64,000 bases of DNA from an uncultured Chloroflexia bacterium (GCA_963731865.1 CAVSXG010000002.1:455271-519270); one strand, 5' to 3'; positions 7,700 to 18,119 are shown, counted from the stretch's first letter. The notes: generated by a model not told the origin, from the letters alone. Numbers and translations: made by a program.

Positions 7700-9403
7700 A
7701 TGTCCCCACAGAAGAACGCACCCGTGAAGAACGCACCCGTGGACGACGAGCCGCTCCGGATCATCCCGCTCGGCGGGGTGGGGGAGATCGGCAAGAACAT
7801 GTACGTGTTCGAGTACCGCGACGAGATCGTCGTGATCGACTGCGGGCTGATGTTCCCGGACGAGGAGATGTTCGGCATCGACCTCGTCATCCCGGACATC
7901 ACGTACCTCAAGGAACGGCGAGCGAACGTCAAGGCATTCCTCATCACCCACGCCCACGAGGACCATGTCGGGGCCTTGCCCTACGTCCTGCCGGAGTTCC
8001 CGGGCGTCCCCGTCTATGCCTCGACGCTCGCCCGTGGTCTCCTCGGCAACAAGATCAAGGAGCACAAGCTCCACAACAACCCGCTGATCGCGCTCGAACC
8101 GGGCGACGAGGTCCAGATCGGCGCGTTCACGGTGATGCCCTTCCGGGTGGGCCACTCCATCCCTGACGCGATGGGCATCGCCCTGCGGACGCCGGTCGGC
8201 ACGATCGTCCACACCGGGCGACTTCAAGTTCGATCACACGCCGGTGGACGGCAAGCTGTCCGACTTCGCGATCCTGGCGCGCCTCGGCCAGGAGGGCGTC
8301 GCGTGCCTCCTGTCGGACTCGACGCGAGCCGAGAACCCCGGCTACACGCCGTCCGAACGAACCGTCGGCGACGCGTTCCGCGAGATCATGGAGCCGCTCG
8401 ACGGCCGAGTCATCGTGGCGACCTTTGCGAGCAACATCGCCAGGGTCCAGCAGGTCCTTGACGCCGCGGCCGACATGAACCGGAGCGTTTCGGTCATCGG
8501 GCGGTCGATGGAGCAGAACTTCCGGATCGCCACTGACCTGGGCTACCTCAAGTACGACCCGGCACGGATCGTGTCCAAGGACAAGATCAAGGACCACCCG
8601 GATGCGAAGCTGGTCATCGCCACGACCGGCGCTCAGGGCGAGCCGATGGCGGGTCTCGCCCGGATGGCCAACCGGGACCACCGATTCGTGGAGATCCAGC
8701 CCGGCGACACGGTCATCGTCAGCGCAAGCCCAATCCCGGGCAACGAGGAGTACGTCTCGCGGACGATCGACAACCTGTTCAAGGCTGGCGCCAACGTCTA
8801 CTACCACACGATCAAGCGCGCCCACGTGTCGGGTCACGCCAGCCAGGAAGAGCTCAAGCTCATGCTCGGCCTGACCAAGCCGAAGCACTTCATCCCGATC
8901 CACGGCGAGTTCCGGATGCAGGTGCAGCACGGCCGGCTGGCGATCGAGACCGGGCGTCCTTCCCGAGAACGTGTTCATCATCGAGAACGGCACACCGATC
9001 GAGCTCTTCGCCGATGGCAGCGCCCGACGCGGCCAGCCCGGTCACGGCCGGTTACGTGTACGTCGACGGGCTGTCGGTCGGCGAGGTCGGCGATGTCGTC
9101 CTGCGCGACCGACGATCGCTCGCCAACGACGGCATGTTCATGATCGTCGTCACCATCGACAAGCAGACCGGCTCGGTCATCGGTCGGCCGGAGATCATCA
9201 CCCGCGGCTTCGTCCACCTCAACGAGCTCGATCCGCTCATGGAGGAGGCCGTCAACCGGGTGATGAAGGCCATCGACACGCCGGGCGACCACATCAGCGA
9301 GGTCGGCCTGCTCAAGGAGCAGGTCAAGGACGGGGTCTCGCGCTACCTCTACGAGCAGACGAAGCGACGACCGATGGTCTTCCCGGTCGTCGTCGAGGTG
9401 TAG
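7700..9403 (+). pseudogene. rnj: Ribonuclease J, three +1 frameshifts as sequenced (probably artefactual)
   Basis: Metallo-beta-lactamase motif 'LITHAHEDHVGALP', then beta-CASP and C-terminal domains. The conserved sequence runs 7700-8218 (frame 2), to 8953 (frame 3), to about 9038 (frame 1), to 9403 (frame 2). The shifts fall at GGG 8216-8218, GGG 8952-8954 and CCC 9037-9039. Confidence 0.9.
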
Positions 9404-9404
9404 C

Positions 9405-11747
9405 GTGGCCACCCGCCGCCGAACGGCCGCTCGAAAGCCGGCCACGCGCTCCGCGCTCGCGACGAACGAACGCGTGGACGGCGCGCCTGACCCCCGACGT
9501 GGTGCGTTCGATCCTCGGGCTGGTCCTGCTGGTGCTCGGCGCGATGACGCTGATCGCCCTGCTCCCGACCACCCGCGGCGGTTCCCTGACCAGCTGGTGG
9601 ACCGACCTCTTCGCGCCGTGGTTCGGGACGATGCGCTGGCTGCTGCCATTCTTCCTGCTGGCGTCGGGCTGGTGGCTCGAGTGGGGGCCCGGCAAACGAC
9701 CCGGGTCGGGCTGGGGGATCACCGTCCTCGGTCTCGTGATCACGTATGCGGGCGTGGTTGGCGCCGCGCAGGTCATCAACGTGTCAGGTGGCCGGATCGG
9801 CCGGTTTCTGGCGGGCACGCTGGGCGACCTCGTCAGCCCCGCCGGCGCGTTCATCCTGCTCATCGCGCTTGCCGCGCTGGGGCTGGTCGTCGGCTTTGGC
9901 ATCCCGCTGCGCCAGCTCCTCCACCCCGCCGTGGGGACCGCTCGATGGGTCGGTTCGACGGCGAAAGAGGCGATGCGACGGACGCCACCTGAGACCACTG
10001 CCCCCGGAAAGCCGGTCACGCCCGCCGACGCGCCGACAAACGGCCGAGGCAAGGGCGGCGATCGGGCGTCCGATCGGCGCGACGCCGTCGCCTGGCCAGA
10101 CCGGGGTGTGGGGTGAGAGCGACGAGGCCGCGATCCCGGTCGCGATCCCCAGTCCGCGCCCGGTCTCCTCGACGTTTGCCCCGGCACGGGGCGCGGCATC
10201 GGCGACCCTCGTCGCGCCGGTCCGCCCCGTTCGGGATCCCGACGACATCACCGACGCCTCCGATTCGCCGCCGACGAAGGAGCGCATCGAATACGTCCTC
10301 CCGGCCCTCGAGGCGCTCGATGACGTCGCGATGCCGATCAGCACCGGTGTCGACGAGGCCGCTCACGCCCGCAACGAGGAGATCATCGTCAAGAAGCTGG
10401 CCGGGTTCGGGATCCCGGCGCGCATCGTGGCGAGGAACGCGGGACCGGTCGTGACCCAGTACGAGGTCCAGCCCGCCCCCGACATCAAGGTCAGCCGGAT
10501 CGAGGGGCTCTCGGACGACCTGGCCATGGCGCTTGCCGCCAGCTCGCTCCGGATCGAGGCGCCGATCCCGGGCAAGAGCGCCGTGGGGATCGAGATCCCG
10601 AACAAGGACTTCAACGCCGTCCCCCTCCGGCGCGTCCTCGAAGAGGTCGAGTTCACCGCCTCGGAGTCGAAGCTGACGTTCGCCCTCGGCCGTGACGTCG
10701 CGGGGGTGGCAAAGGCCGTCGACCTGGCCAAGATGCCGCACCTGCTGATTGCCGGGGCGACCGGGTCAGGCAAGAGCGTCATGGTCAATGCCGTGATCAC
10801 GAGCCTGCTGTGCAAGGCGACGCCGGACGACGTGCGGATGATCCTGATGGACCTCAAGCGGGTCGAGCTCGCGGCCTACAACGGCCTGCCGCACCTGCTG
10901 GTCCCGGTGATCACGGAGCCGGAACGCGCCAAGGCCGCGCTCAAGTGGGCTGCCAACGAGATGGAGGCGCGCTACCGACGCCTGGCCGGCGCGTCGGCTC
11001 GCAACATCCGCGCGTTCAACGAGACCCGGGTCGATCCCGAGGATCGGATGCCCTACATCGTGATCATCATCGACGAGCTCGCCGACCTGATGATGCGCGA
11101 GGGCAAGAACGTCGAGGACCCGATCGTCCGCCTTGCCCAGAAGGCGCGGGCCACGGGCATCCACATGGTGCTCGCCACGCAGCGGCCAAGCGTCAACGTG
11201 GTGACCGGCCTGATCAAGGCCAACTTCCCGAGCCGGATCGCGTTTGCCATGGCCTCGCAGATCGACTCGCGAACGATCCTCGACACACCCGGCGCCGAGG
11301 ACCTGATCGGTCGCGGCGACATGCTCTATCAGCCGTCCGACCTGCCGCGGCCGATGCGCCTCCAGGGCGTGTTCGTGTCCGATGCGGAGATCGGCAAGGT
11401 CGTCGAACACTGGAAGGCCCAGATCGACGACCCGCGCTACGACATGACGATCATCGATACCGGGGACGAGGGAAGTCGGGTCCGTCGACGACCTCGCGGA
11501 CGAGGACGCCGATCGATTGTTGCCTGATGCCGTGGAGGTCATTCGGGAGTACGATCGCGCCTCGGCGTCGCTCCTCCAGCGTCGCCTGAAGGTCGGCTAT
11601 GCACGGGCGGCTCGAATGATCGACCAGCTGGAGGCTCGCGGCTACATCGGCGCGTTCGACGGCTCGAACGCCCGGCAGGTCCTTCGTCGCGACGAGGCGC
11701 CGACGTCCGGCGGTGCGGACGACGGACTCGACGGGGATGACGGATGA
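9405..11747 (+). pseudogene. ftsK: DNA translocase FtsK, at least three +1 frameshifts as sequenced (probably artefactual)
   Basis: N-terminal membrane domain 'ILGLVLLVLGAMTLIALL...WLLPFFLLASGWWL'. Motor domain has Walker A 'IAGATGSGKSVMVN', plus 'IIIDELADLMM' and 'ATQRPSVNVVTG'. Gamma wHTH is 'ASASLLQRRLKVGYARAARMIDQLEARG'. The frame changes near 9420-9490, 9990-10113 and about 11474. Confidence 0.9.
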
Positions 11748-13117
11748 CGACGCGGGAACAGCTCAAGCGAGCGGTCGGTGCCGATCGCTCGGAGGCGGGT
11801 CGCGGGATCGCCGCGGAGCCGGCGCCCAGCCTGCCCGAGCGCCTCTATGCCGCCCGGGAGCGCAAGGGCGTCGATCTCTACCGCGCCGAGCGCGATACCA
11901 AGATCCGGGCGCGGTATCTCGGGGCCCTCGAGCGCGGCGATTACAAGGAGCTGCCCGGCGCGGTCTACACGAAGGGGTTCCTGCGCAACTACGCGCTCTA
12001 CCTCGGGCTGGATCCGGATGAAGTGCTCGACCACTGGCGCCGCGAACGCGGCGAGGCGCGGGACATCACGCCGGTCATCGCCGTCCCACGGCCGATCACG
12101 GCACCACGCCAGGGGCTGACGTTCTCGCCAAGCATCGTCGTGTTCGCCTTGCTGACGGTGTTCGTCCTTGCTTTCGGTGCCTACCTCGCGGTCCAGGTGC
12201 TGCGCTTTGCCAAGCCACCGACCATCGCCGTTACCGATCCGCTGACCGCGGTCATCACCGTCGACGAGTCGACGACGAGCTACACGCTGCGCGGCACGAC
12301 GTTGCCCGGTGCGACCGTGACCATCGCGACTCCAGGCGACGATCCTTCGCAGGTCACCGCCGGGCCGGACGGCGACTGGACGTCCGATGTCGATCTCCGG
12401 CGCGGTCGCAACCAGTTCGACGTCACCGCGATCGACCCTGACACGGGCAAACGATCAGAAGACACGATCCGCCGCTTCATCACCGTGCCGGTGCCGGACC
12501 TCGAGATCGTCGCCCCGACGCTGACCGTCGATCAGCCTGCCGAAGGCACCTCGTTCGCCAATGGCGCCATCCCGGTCGCCGGCCGGGCGACCAATGCCGA
12601 TTCCGTCGTGGTCAGCGCCGCCTATGTCGGCCCGAACGCGCCGGCCACCACCGAGGGCGGCGCCACGCCGGCACCACCCGCCGTGCCCAGTCCCGTGACG
12701 CTCGAGGTAGCCGATGACGGCTCCTTCAGCACGCCCTATGAGCTCACCGCCGGGCGGTGGACCATCACGGTCACGGCCGAGAGCCAGCAGGGCCGCACCT
12801 CGGCCCAGACGCGCAATGTCTCGGTCGTGTTCCGGGGCGTGAACCTTGTCGTCACGATCGAGGGTGGACGGGCGTGGCTCAAGGTCTGGGTGGACGGCAA
12901 GCTCGATCCAGGGCTCGGGGCCGCCGGCTCGGTCATTGCCAATGGCCGAACCCTGACCTTTACCGGCGAGGAATCCGTTGAGGTTCGGTCCGGTTCGTCC
13001 GGGGTCACCCATTTCACGCTGAACGGGACGCCGCTCGGCGCGCTCGGCCGCCCGGGCATTCCCGAGACCTGGCTCTTCGCCCCACCGGACCCGCCGGTCA
13101 AGACCGCCCGGCGGTAG
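11744..13117 (+). CDS. rodZ: RodZ-like cytoskeleton protein (HTH + TM + DUF4115-type C-terminus)
   Basis: 'LYAARERKGVDLYRAERDTKIRARYLGALERGDYKELPGAVYTKGFLRNYALYLGLD', followed by one TM helix and a beta-rich C-terminal region. ATG 11744 overlaps the ftsK TGA (ATGA). Confidence 0.7.
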   Translation: MTTREQLKRAVGADRSEAGRGIAAEPAPSLPERLYAARERKGVDLYRAERDTKIRARYLGALERGDYKELPGAVYTKGFLRNYALYLGLDPDEVLDHWRRERGEARDITPVIAVPRPITAPRQGLTFSPSIVVFALLTVFVLAFGAYLAVQVLRFAKPPTIAVTDPLTAVITVDESTTSYTLRGTTLPGATVTIATPGDDPSQVTAGPDGDWTSDVDLRRGRNQFDVTAIDPDTGKRSEDTIRRFITVPVPDLEIVAPTLTVDQPAEGTSFANGAIPVAGRATNADSVVVSAAYVGPNAPATTEGGATPAPPAVPSPVTLEVADDGSFSTPYELTAGRWTITVTAESQQGRTSAQTRNVSVVFRGVNLVVTIEGGRAWLKVWVDGKLDPGLGAAGSVIANGRTLTFTGEESVEVRSGSSGVTHFTLNGTPLGALGRPGIPETWLFAPPDPPVKTARR

Positions 13118-13120
13118 CGC

Positions 13121-13648
13121 GTGGCGGACCTCCAGGGAGCGCCCGTGACGGACGACCCGCTGGTCTCCCTGGTTGCCCGCTTGCACGAGCGGTGTCTGGC
13201 CACGGGGATCCATCTCGCGACGATCGAATCGTGTACGGGCGGCCTCGTCGGCCACCTGATCACCGAGACGCCCGGCTCGAGCGCCTATTACGTTGGGGGC
13301 TTCGTGACCTATTCGGATCAGCTCAAACGCGAGCTCGTTGACGTGCCGGGTGAGGTGCTCGCGGCGCACGGGGCGGTCTCGGCGCAAACGGCGATCGCCA
13401 TGGCTACGGGCGGCCGGGCGCGGGCTCGCGCTGATCTTGGTGCCTCCGTCACGGGAATCGCCGGGCCTGACGGTGGCAGCGAACAGAAGCCGGTTGGGCT
13501 GACGTACGTCGCCGTCGCCGACGGGACGGGCACCGAGGTCCGCCGGTACCAGTGGTCGGGCTCGCGCACCGAAAACAAGCGGGCCAGCGCGGAGGCGCTG
13601 CTGGGGCTGATCCTCGAGCGGATCGACAGCCGCTCCGATCCAGCGTGA
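13121..13648 (+). CDS. CinA C-terminal domain / nicotinamide-nucleotide amidohydrolase (PncC family)
   Basis: 'IESCTGGLVGHLITETPGSSAYYVGGFVTYS' and 'SVTGIAGPDGGSEQKPVGLTYVAV' are CinA/PncC signatures. Confidence 0.85.
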   Translation: MADLQGAPVTDDPLVSLVARLHERCLATGIHLATIESCTGGLVGHLITETPGSSAYYVGGFVTYSDQLKRELVDVPGEVLAAHGAVSAQTAIAMATGGRARARADLGASVTGIAGPDGGSEQKPVGLTYVAVADGTGTEVRRYQWSGSRTENKRASAEALLGLILERIDSRSDPA

Positions 13649-15204
13649 CCTCGTCCGCAGACCGGGTCCGCGGCGGACTGGCTCCGGTACGGGAAGCGCG
13701 GGCGATCCGCGCCGGCGAACGGATCCATGTCGTTGGTGCCGCGGGCGCCGGTGCCAGCGCGGCCGCACTCCTTGCCCATCGGTCCGGGGCGATCGTCACC
13801 GCTTGCGATGCCGGCGGGCCATCGCCGTACACGGTTGCGCTCGATGCCCTTGGCATCACCCTCGAGGCCGGGCACTCGCCGGGCCATGTCACGACCGAGC
13901 CGACTCCCGACCGCCTCGCGGTCACCAAGGCGCTGTCAGCCCTTCAGCCGGACCATCCCGAGCTCGTCGCCGCTCGCGATCGGGGCGTGCCGCTCGAGCC
14001 GTGGCAACAGGTCGTCGCCGACGCCGCCGTCGGCAGGACGTTGGTGGGCGTCGCCGGGACCCACGGCAAGAGCACGTCGGCCGGCTGGCTGGTCCACGTG
14101 CTTGCCGATGCCGGTGCCGATCCGTCGGCGTTCGTCGGGGCGTTGTTGCCGCCGACCCTGACCGGTGGCCCGCCGGCAACGGCGCGCTGGGGTAGGGGCG
14201 AGGCGTTTGTCGTGGAGGCCGACGAGTACGCCGGGAACTTCGACGCGTATCGACCGTCGCTCGCGATCCTGACCAGCGCGGACTGGGATCATCCCGATGT
14301 GTTCGCGGACCAGGAGGCCGTCATCGAGGTCTTCGAGCGCTGGCTCCGCCGTGCTCAACCCGGCGCGACGCTTGTGGCCAACGTAGGTGACGCCGGGGTC
14401 GCCACCGTTGTCGAGCGACTGGCCGACTGGCCGGGCCCCGTGGTCGCCTATGCGCTCGTCGATCAGGCGCCGCAGCGATTGGGCGGGTATGCGCGAGCGA
14501 TCAGCGAACGGTTCGCCACCGCCGCCGGTCCTGCAAGGGCGCTGCTCGGGCGGATCACCGCCATGGATCCAGGTTCGACCACGCTGGACATCCTTGGGCT
14601 CGATCCGTTGTCCGGGCTCGTGTCGGCCCGGCTCGTGACCGCCGGGCGACACAACGCGGCCAACGCGCTCGCCGTCACCGGCGCGGCGACAGTCCTGGGC
14701 CTTGGTCCGGGCGAGATCACCGCCGGCCTTGCCTCGTTCGCCGGGGTCGGGCGTCGCCTGGAGCAAAAGGGCGAAGCCGGTGGCGTCCTCGTGTTCGACG
14801 ACTATGGCCACCACCCAACCGCGATCCACGAGACGCTCGCCGCGGTGCGTCAGCGCGCCCCCGGCCGCCGCGTGTGGGCCGCGTTCGAGCCCCTGACGTT
14901 TCATCGCACCGCGGCCATGCTCGACGCGTTCGCGGAGGTCCTCGCCGGCGCGGACGGGGTGGCGATCGCCGATATCTGGGCGGGTCGCGATCCGGACACC
15001 ACGATCGCGTCAGCCGCCCAGCTCGCGGCGGCGATCAGCGCGAAACGCCCAGAACTCCCGGTCTTTGCCCCGGGCTCGGTCGAGGTGACGGCGGACGTCC
15101 TTGCCCGTGAGGTCCGGGCGGGCGATGTCGTGCTCGTGATGGGCGGCGGACGGAGCTATCGCATCGGCGAGCGGCTCCTGGAACACCTGGGAGGTCGGGA
15201 ATGA
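13645..15204 (+). CDS. Mur ligase family protein (MurC/Mpl-like UDP-N-acetylmuramate ligase)
   Basis: Motifs 'VGVAGTHGKSTSAGW', 'VVEADEYAGNF', 'DWDHPDVF' and 'DDYGHHPTAI'. GTG 13645 overlaps the cinA TGA (GTGA). The EADEY pattern looks more Mpl-like than MurC-like, but I cannot decide by eye. Confidence 0.8.
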   Translation: MTSSADRVRGGLAPVREARAIRAGERIHVVGAAGAGASAAALLAHRSGAIVTACDAGGPSPYTVALDALGITLEAGHSPGHVTTEPTPDRLAVTKALSALQPDHPELVAARDRGVPLEPWQQVVADAAVGRTLVGVAGTHGKSTSAGWLVHVLADAGADPSAFVGALLPPTLTGGPPATARWGRGEAFVVEADEYAGNFDAYRPSLAILTSADWDHPDVFADQEAVIEVFERWLRRAQPGATLVANVGDAGVATVVERLADWPGPVVAYALVDQAPQRLGGYARAISERFATAAGPARALLGRITAMDPGSTTLDILGLDPLSGLVSARLVTAGRHNAANALAVTGAATVLGLGPGEITAGLASFAGVGRRLEQKGEAGGVLVFDDYGHHPTAIHETLAAVRQRAPGRRVWAAFEPLTFHRTAAMLDAFAEVLAGADGVAIADIWAGRDPDTTIASAAQLAAAISAKRPELPVFAPGSVEVTADVLAREVRAGDVVLVMGGGRSYRIGERLLEHLGGRE

Positions 15205-15584
15205 TCGACTACGCCACGGCTGGGGCCGTGCTCGACGCGTACGGCCGTGCCTGGGAGACGTTTGACGGCGACGCCTGGGTCGCGATCTTCACCGAGGATG
15301 CCGAGTACCATGAGGACCCGTTTGGCGAGCCGATTACCGGCCATAACGCCCTGCGGGCATACTTGCTGGACGCCGCCGCGTCGCAACGAGACGTCGAGTT
15401 CACCGTGGAACGGCACTGGGTCTCGGGTCCGACCGTCCTGGCCGCCTGGCACGTGACCTTCACGCGTCGCGAATCGGGTCAACTCGTGCGTATGGCCGGG
15501 TTCATGACCGCGGAGGTTGCCTCGGACGGGCGGATCGCCCGCTTCCGTGAGTGGACGAGGTACGGCCCGGAGGGTCGAGGCTAG
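15201..15584 (+). CDS. SnoaL-like / NTF2-fold protein
   Basis: 127 aa. 'AYGRAWETFDGDAWVAIFTEDAEYHEDPFGEPITG' fits the SnoaL_2-type fold. ATG 15201 overlaps the upstream TGA (ATGA). Confidence 0.6.
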   Translation: MIDYATAGAVLDAYGRAWETFDGDAWVAIFTEDAEYHEDPFGEPITGHNALRAYLLDAAASQRDVEFTVERHWVSGPTVLAAWHVTFTRRESGQLVRMAGFMTAEVASDGRIARFREWTRYGPEGRG

Positions 15585-15596
15585 AGAGGAGGATCG

Positions 15597-16091
15597 ATGG
15601 CGGGAGACCAGTCATTCGACGTCGTCAGCGATTTCGACGAGCAGGAGCTGCGGAACGCCCTCGACCAGGTGCGGCGCGAGGCCGGAACCCGGTTCGACTT
15701 CAAGGGCGTGACCGTCGATCTCACCCAGGCCAAGGAAGAGCTGATCCTGATCACGGACGACGAGCATCGAGCGAGCGCGCTGAAGGACCTGATCGAGTCC
15801 AAGGCGATCCGTCGCGGCCTGTCGCTCAAGATCTTCGACTGGGGCAAGGTCGAGGAAGCCGGCGGCAACAAGGTCCGCCAGCGAATCGGCCTGCGCCGCG
15901 GGCTGTCGGATGAGATCGCCAAGCGCATCACGCGACTGATCCGCGACGAGTTCCCAAAGGTGAAGTCGCAGATCCAGGGCGATGCGGTGCGCGTATCGGG
16001 CAAGAGCAGGGACGATCTGCAGCGCGTGATCATCAGACTGCGCGAGCTGGAGGACTTGCCCCTGCCACTGCAGTTCGAGAACTACCGCTGA
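15597..16091 (+). CDS. yajQ: YajQ-family nucleotide-binding protein (UPF0234)
   Basis: 164 aa. 'SFDVVSDFDEQELRNALDQVRREAGTRFDFKG' and 'VSGKSRDDLQRVI' are typical. GAGAGGAGG lies upstream of the ATG. Confidence 0.9.
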   Translation: MAGDQSFDVVSDFDEQELRNALDQVRREAGTRFDFKGVTVDLTQAKEELILITDDEHRASALKDLIESKAIRRGLSLKIFDWGKVEEAGGNKVRQRIGLRRGLSDEIAKRITRLIRDEFPKVKSQIQGDAVRVSGKSRDDLQRVIIRLRELEDLPLPLQFENYR

Positions 16092-16268
16092 GGAACCCTG
16101 ACCAGGCAGCCCGATGTTGAAGGAGCGCCGTCGCCATGACCGAGCTCGACGCCCAAACACCACCGTCCCGACGAAGACGCGAAGACCGACACCGACCCAC
16201 CAGCCCTCGAGCCCGCCGAGCCAGCATCTGCTGAGGCGACCGAGTCCACGGCCGACGAGGCGACGGCG

Positions 16269-18119
16269 GTGGCGGCAGCCCCCGAGCCCGAGCCCGAAGA
16301 CGCACTAGACGAGGCGGCCGAGTCCACGGCCGAGCCCGAACCCGAGGCGACCGAGGCCACGGCCGAGCCCGCGGAGGCAGCGGCGCCCGAGCTGGAGCGC
16401 GATGAGGCCACAGCGCAGGAAGCCGAACCCGAGTCATCGGATGTCGCGCCGCCGGCCGAACCCGGCCCGCGAACGGTCGGTCGGTTCATCGCCGACGCCC
16501 TGCGGTCCGCCGGCGTTCGGTACGCATTCACCGTCCCCGGGGAGTCATTCCTTGGGCTCCTCGATGCGTTCGAGGGAGCCGGGATCCGAGTGATCGCGAC
16601 CCGCCACGAAGGCGCCGCTGCATTCATGGCCGACGCACATGGCCAGCTCACGGGACGGCCCGCCGTCTGCCTCGGGACCCGCGCGGTGGGTGGCGCCAAC
16701 CTCGCGATCGGCATCCACACGGCGCGTCAGAACTCGACGCCGATGTTCGTGGCGATCGGACAGGTCGAGCGACCCTTGCTCGGACGCGAAGCGTTCCAGG
16801 AGATCGACCAGGTCGCGACGCTCGGCGGTCTTGCCAAATGGGCCGCGCAACCACGCGAGGTAGCCGACGTCGCCGCGACGATGACCGAAGCGATCCAACA
16901 GGCGCTCGGCGGGCGGCCCGGCCCGGTGCTGCTCGCGCTGTCCGAGGACCTCCTCGACGAGCCCATGCCCGACGACGCGCGGATCGACAGCGGCCGGCCG
17001 AACCAGCCCCGTGCGAGCGACGATCAGATCCGCGCCGTGATCGAACTCCTTGCCTCGGCCCGACGGCCGGTCATCCTGGCCGGCGCCGGGGTGCTGCGGG
17101 CCAGGACCTCGACCGAGCTCACCCGGTTTGCCGAGCTCCTGCACGTCCCGGTGATCGCCAGCTGGCGCCGCGCCGACATCATTTCCAACGACAACCCGCT
17201 GTACCTCGGGATGGCCGGGCTCGGCGCCGCCGTGTCGGTGCGCGAGCGGCTCGACGCCGCGGACGCGCTCCTCGTGATCGGCTCACGGCTCAGCGAACCC
17301 ACCAGCTACGGCTACGAGGTTCCACGATCTGGGCTGCGCTGGGCGCACGTTGACATGCAGCCTGGCGGACCCCCTGGCCTCCCGCCTCCGGAACTGACCG
17401 TGGCAACCGACGCGAAGGCCTTTCTACGGGCCGCCAACGAGCGCCTCGTGGGACGGGCCGTGCTCGATGCCGAGCGGGTGGCCACGCGCCAGGCCAACAA
17501 TGTCGTGGACCGGGCCGCGTGGGAGGAAGCCAGCGTGGTCGACGCGCAGCCATGGGACGGACCTGGCGTCCACCCGGGCGCGACTGTGGCCACACTGCGG
17601 CGGGTCCTGCCCGATGACGCGATCCTCACCACCGATGCGGGCAACTTTGCCGGCTGGGCCGGACGCGGGTTCCGGTTCCGGCGACCCGGCACGTTCCTGG
17701 GACCAACCTCCGGTGCCATGGGCTACGGGCTCCCGGCGGCGATCGCCGCGGCCCTCGTGCATCGCGATCGAGCGGTGGTCGCACTCGTCGGCGACGGCGG
17801 CCTGGGGATGACGCTTGCCGAGCTCGAGACGGCCGTCCGCGTCGGCGCACGCGTCGTCGTCGTGGTCTTCGACAACGAGCGCTACGGGACCATCCGGATG
17901 TGGCAGGAGCGGCGGGGGAGCGGCGTTGGTGTAGGGACCGAGCTCGGACCTGTCGACTTTGCCGCGATCGCCCGAGCCTGCGGGGCGCGGGGCGTCCGCG
18001 TCGAGAAGGACAGCGAATTCGAAGCTGCCCTTCGTGCCGCGCTCGCTGCAGACCGCGCGAGCGTCATCCACCTGACCGTCGATCGTCGCTGGGTGTCGGT
18101 GGACGACCCGGCGGCGTAA
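16269..18119 (+). CDS. Thiamine-pyrophosphate enzyme of the acetolactate synthase large-subunit family, with an acidic low-complexity N-terminus
   Basis: Motifs 'VRYAFTVPGESFLGLLDA', 'TRHEGAAAFMADAHGQLTGRP' and the TPP motif 'GDGGLGMTLAELETAVR...VVVVVFDNERYG'. The coordinates are the ORF as sequenced. The true start is probably ATG 16136 (GAAGGAG 9 nt upstream), joined by a +1 shift at CCC 16167-16169. Confidence 0.8.
   Translation: MAAAPEPEPEDALDEAAESTAEPEPEATEATAEPAEAAAPELERDEATAQEAEPESSDVAPPAEPGPRTVGRFIADALRSAGVRYAFTVPGESFLGLLDAFEGAGIRVIATRHEGAAAFMADAHGQLTGRPAVCLGTRAVGGANLAIGIHTARQNSTPMFVAIGQVERPLLGREAFQEIDQVATLGGLAKWAAQPREVADVAATMTEAIQQALGGRPGPVLLALSEDLLDEPMPDDARIDSGRPNQPRASDDQIRAVIELLASARRPVILAGAGVLRARTSTELTRFAELLHVPVIASWRRADIISNDNPLYLGMAGLGAAVSVRERLDAADALLVIGSRLSEPTSYGYEVPRSGLRWAHVDMQPGGPPGLPPPELTVATDAKAFLRAANERLVGRAVLDAERVATRQANNVVDRAAWEEASVVDAQPWDGPGVHPGATVATLRRVLPDDAILTTDAGNFAGWAGRGFRFRRPGTFLGPTSGAMGYGLPAAIAAALVHRDRAVVALVGDGGLGMTLAELETAVRVGARVVVVVFDNERYGTIRMWQERRGSGVGVGTELGPVDFAAIARACGARGVRVEKDSEFEAALRAALAADRASVIHLTVDRRWVSVDDPAA

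Noticed and set aside
5797-11747. Reading the frameshifts as programmed ribosomal frameshifting or as genuine pseudogenisation of asd, rnj and ftsK
   Set aside because: I saw no slippery heptamer or downstream pseudoknot pattern. The shifts sit in CCC/GGG runs, several occur per gene and the genes are normally essential. Sequencing or consensus error is the parsimonious reading, but it must be confirmed with reads.
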